DNA of 64,000 nucleotides from Candidatus Omnitrophota bacterium (GTDB lineage: Bacteria; Omnitrophota; Gorgyraeia; Zapsychrales; Zapsychraceae). The DNA lies in contig JANQMA010000004.1 of NCBI GenBank assembly GCA_028280285.1, positions 15,820 through 79,819 of the forward strand, given 5' to 3'. Of this stretch, positions 62,706 to 64,000 are shown in pieces (positions within the stretch are counted from its first letter, which is position 1; each line of letters opens with the position of its first letter). The position numbers and the translations under genes were made by a program. The notes beneath the pieces are model-generated. The model did no database searches, was not told where the DNA came from, and saw only the letters and a program-made list of their open reading frames with translations.

Positions 62706-63536
62706 ATGCTAAGACTACTTTTCATTATCATCCTTTCTTTTTTTCTGTCGTTCGCTGATGCTTACGCCAAAAGCGATCTATATCCTTTCGTCGCCCAAAT
62801 CACTGCTGATAATGTTAATGTCCGCTCCGGTCAAAGTGCGAACTTTGATTCCCTGGGGCTTTTGTCTAAAGGAGATAAGCTGGTTGTTCTTGCCAAAAAA
62901 TACAGCTGGTATAAGGTTCAACTGCCTCCGAATTTTAAACTTTATTTAAGCGAACAGTTTGTTTTTCTCAGACCAGACGGTAAGGCAGATATTTTAGGCA
63001 ATCGTATTAATGTGCGCGCGCGCGGCAATGCGACAGCAACCGTGATGACGCAAGTGTCCAAGGGTGACGTGATTGAGGTTATCGATAAGAAAGATGGATG
63101 GTATGCGATAAAACCGGTTGACGGCGTCTATGGATGGGTTAATGACAGCTTCCTTAAGTTTGAATCAAAGGCCGTGGATTCTTATATTGTCAAACCATTA
63201 CTTTCTCCTGACGAAAAAGAACAAATCGTCCGTCAGAAAAAGGAAGCGGAAGAGCGTAAACGCAAAGCCGAGTTACTTAAAATTAAAAAGGAAGCAGAAA
63301 GACGTAAGGTTTCCATCCGCGGTGTTATTGAAAAGATGGATGAGAATTACGGTAACCGAGGCGCGTATAAAGTTGTCACCAATAATCAATTAACCTATAT
63401 TCTCGATGAGCACGAACATTTATTGACGAACTTTGCTCATCAAAAGGTTTTAATTGAAGGTAAGATCACAAAGTTTCCCAATACCAATTCGCCTTATCCA
63501 GTTATCACAATTAATAAGCTTCAGCTTATTCTTTAA
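62706..63536 (+). CDS. secreted tandem bacterial SH3-domain protein
   Basis: Signal peptide ending in AYA; two SH3b repeats 'NVNVRSG...WYKV' and 'RINVRARG...WYAI...GWV'; coiled-coil; start at ATG 62706. Confidence 0.85.
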   Translation: MLRLLFIIILSFFLSFADAYAKSDLYPFVAQITADNVNVRSGQSANFDSLGLLSKGDKLVVLAKKYSWYKVQLPPNFKLYLSEQFVFLRPDGKADILGNRINVRARGNATATVMTQVSKGDVIEVIDKKDGWYAIKPVDGVYGWVNDSFLKFESKAVDSYIVKPLLSPDEKEQIVRQKKEAEERKRKAELLKIKKEAERRKVSIRGVIEKMDENYGNRGAYKVVTNNQLTYILDEHEHLLTNFAHQKVLIEGKITKFPNTNSPYPVITINKLQLIL

Positions 63537-63574
63537 TATTTAGGTTCAAACAGGCTTTTTGAACATTATTTAGT

Positions 63575-64000
63575 ATGGAAATTTTTATTATACTTCTTAT
63601 TCTATTTCCGGCGATTGTTATACATGAGTATGCACATGGATGGACAGCTTATCAATTAGGCGATCCGACGGCCAAGCAGCTCGGTCGCCTAACACTCAAC
63701 CCCATAAAACACATTGATCCTGTCGGGACGATCATTGTGCCGGGGATGATATTTGCTCTTCGTATGACCGGTGTTAACATTCCCCCCATCGGGTGGGCTA
63801 AGCCGGTGCCGGTTAATTTCAGACGGTTGCGTCATCCACGAGGCGATATGATGCTGGTTGCCTTAGCCGGCCCTTTAAGTAATGTTCTTATTGCGCTTGG
63901 TGCGGTGTCGTTACTTAAGATTGATCTTTTGCCTGGAGCCGGTGAGTTTTTGGTCATGACGGTGTTTGTAAATCTACTCCTTGCGGTTTTTAACATGGTC
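63575..64000 (+). CDS. site-2 protease (M50) family protein, 3'-truncated (not in ORF track)
   Basis: Manual translation MEIFIILLILFPAIVIHEYAHG..LGDPTAK..GRLTLNP..HIDP..GWAKPVPVN..VALAGPLSN..AVFNMV; HExxH motif. Confidence 0.92.
   Translation, partial: MEIFIILLILFPAIVIHEYAHGWTAYQLGDPTAKQLGRLTLNPIKHIDPVGTIIVPGMIFALRMTGVNIPPIGWAKPVPVNFRRLRHPRGDMMLVALAGPLSNVLIALGAVSLLKIDLLPGAGEFLVMTVFVNLLLAVFNMV

Overview
This is a 64-kb bacterial core-genome segment in which every real gene lies on the + strand. It most likely comes from a PVC-superphylum organism, probably Candidatus Omnitrophota (OP3); this is inferred from the PVC-type 'small basic protein', DUF1844, the missing rpmD and the modular giant-protein family. 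It opens with proB-proA-nadD-pgm-plsC, a 1040-aa secreted modular protein, rpsA and tyrS. An uninterrupted tRNA-Thr/rpmG/tRNA-Trp/secE/nusG/rif-str-S10-spc-alpha superoperon follows (11.3-42.7 kb), then a long housekeeping tail: aminotransferase, pilT, lipB, aroQ, pepP, efp, accBC, asp23/amaP, pfk, gmhA, hldE-C, thiE, M23, AAA ATPase, YfcE, HIT, dgt, HD-GYP, SPOR, SH3 and S2P. No CRISPR array, rRNA or transposase was seen. The most unusual signals are four. (1) A dispersed set of ~50-190-nt hairpin elements is built from ~4+4 tandem 7-mers (one nested 8-mer/9-mer case); the architecture is conserved while the unit sequence differs, and the elements occur between genes and also in-frame inside genes. 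(2) The 1040-aa protein has apparently conserved ends and an AT-rich cassette-like interior delimited by D-x-A-x-L motifs, and is flanked by two long inverted-repeat elements. (3) A ~100-nt structured repeat directly follows both tRNAs. (4) L3, S5 and NusG carry long acidic low-complexity inserts.
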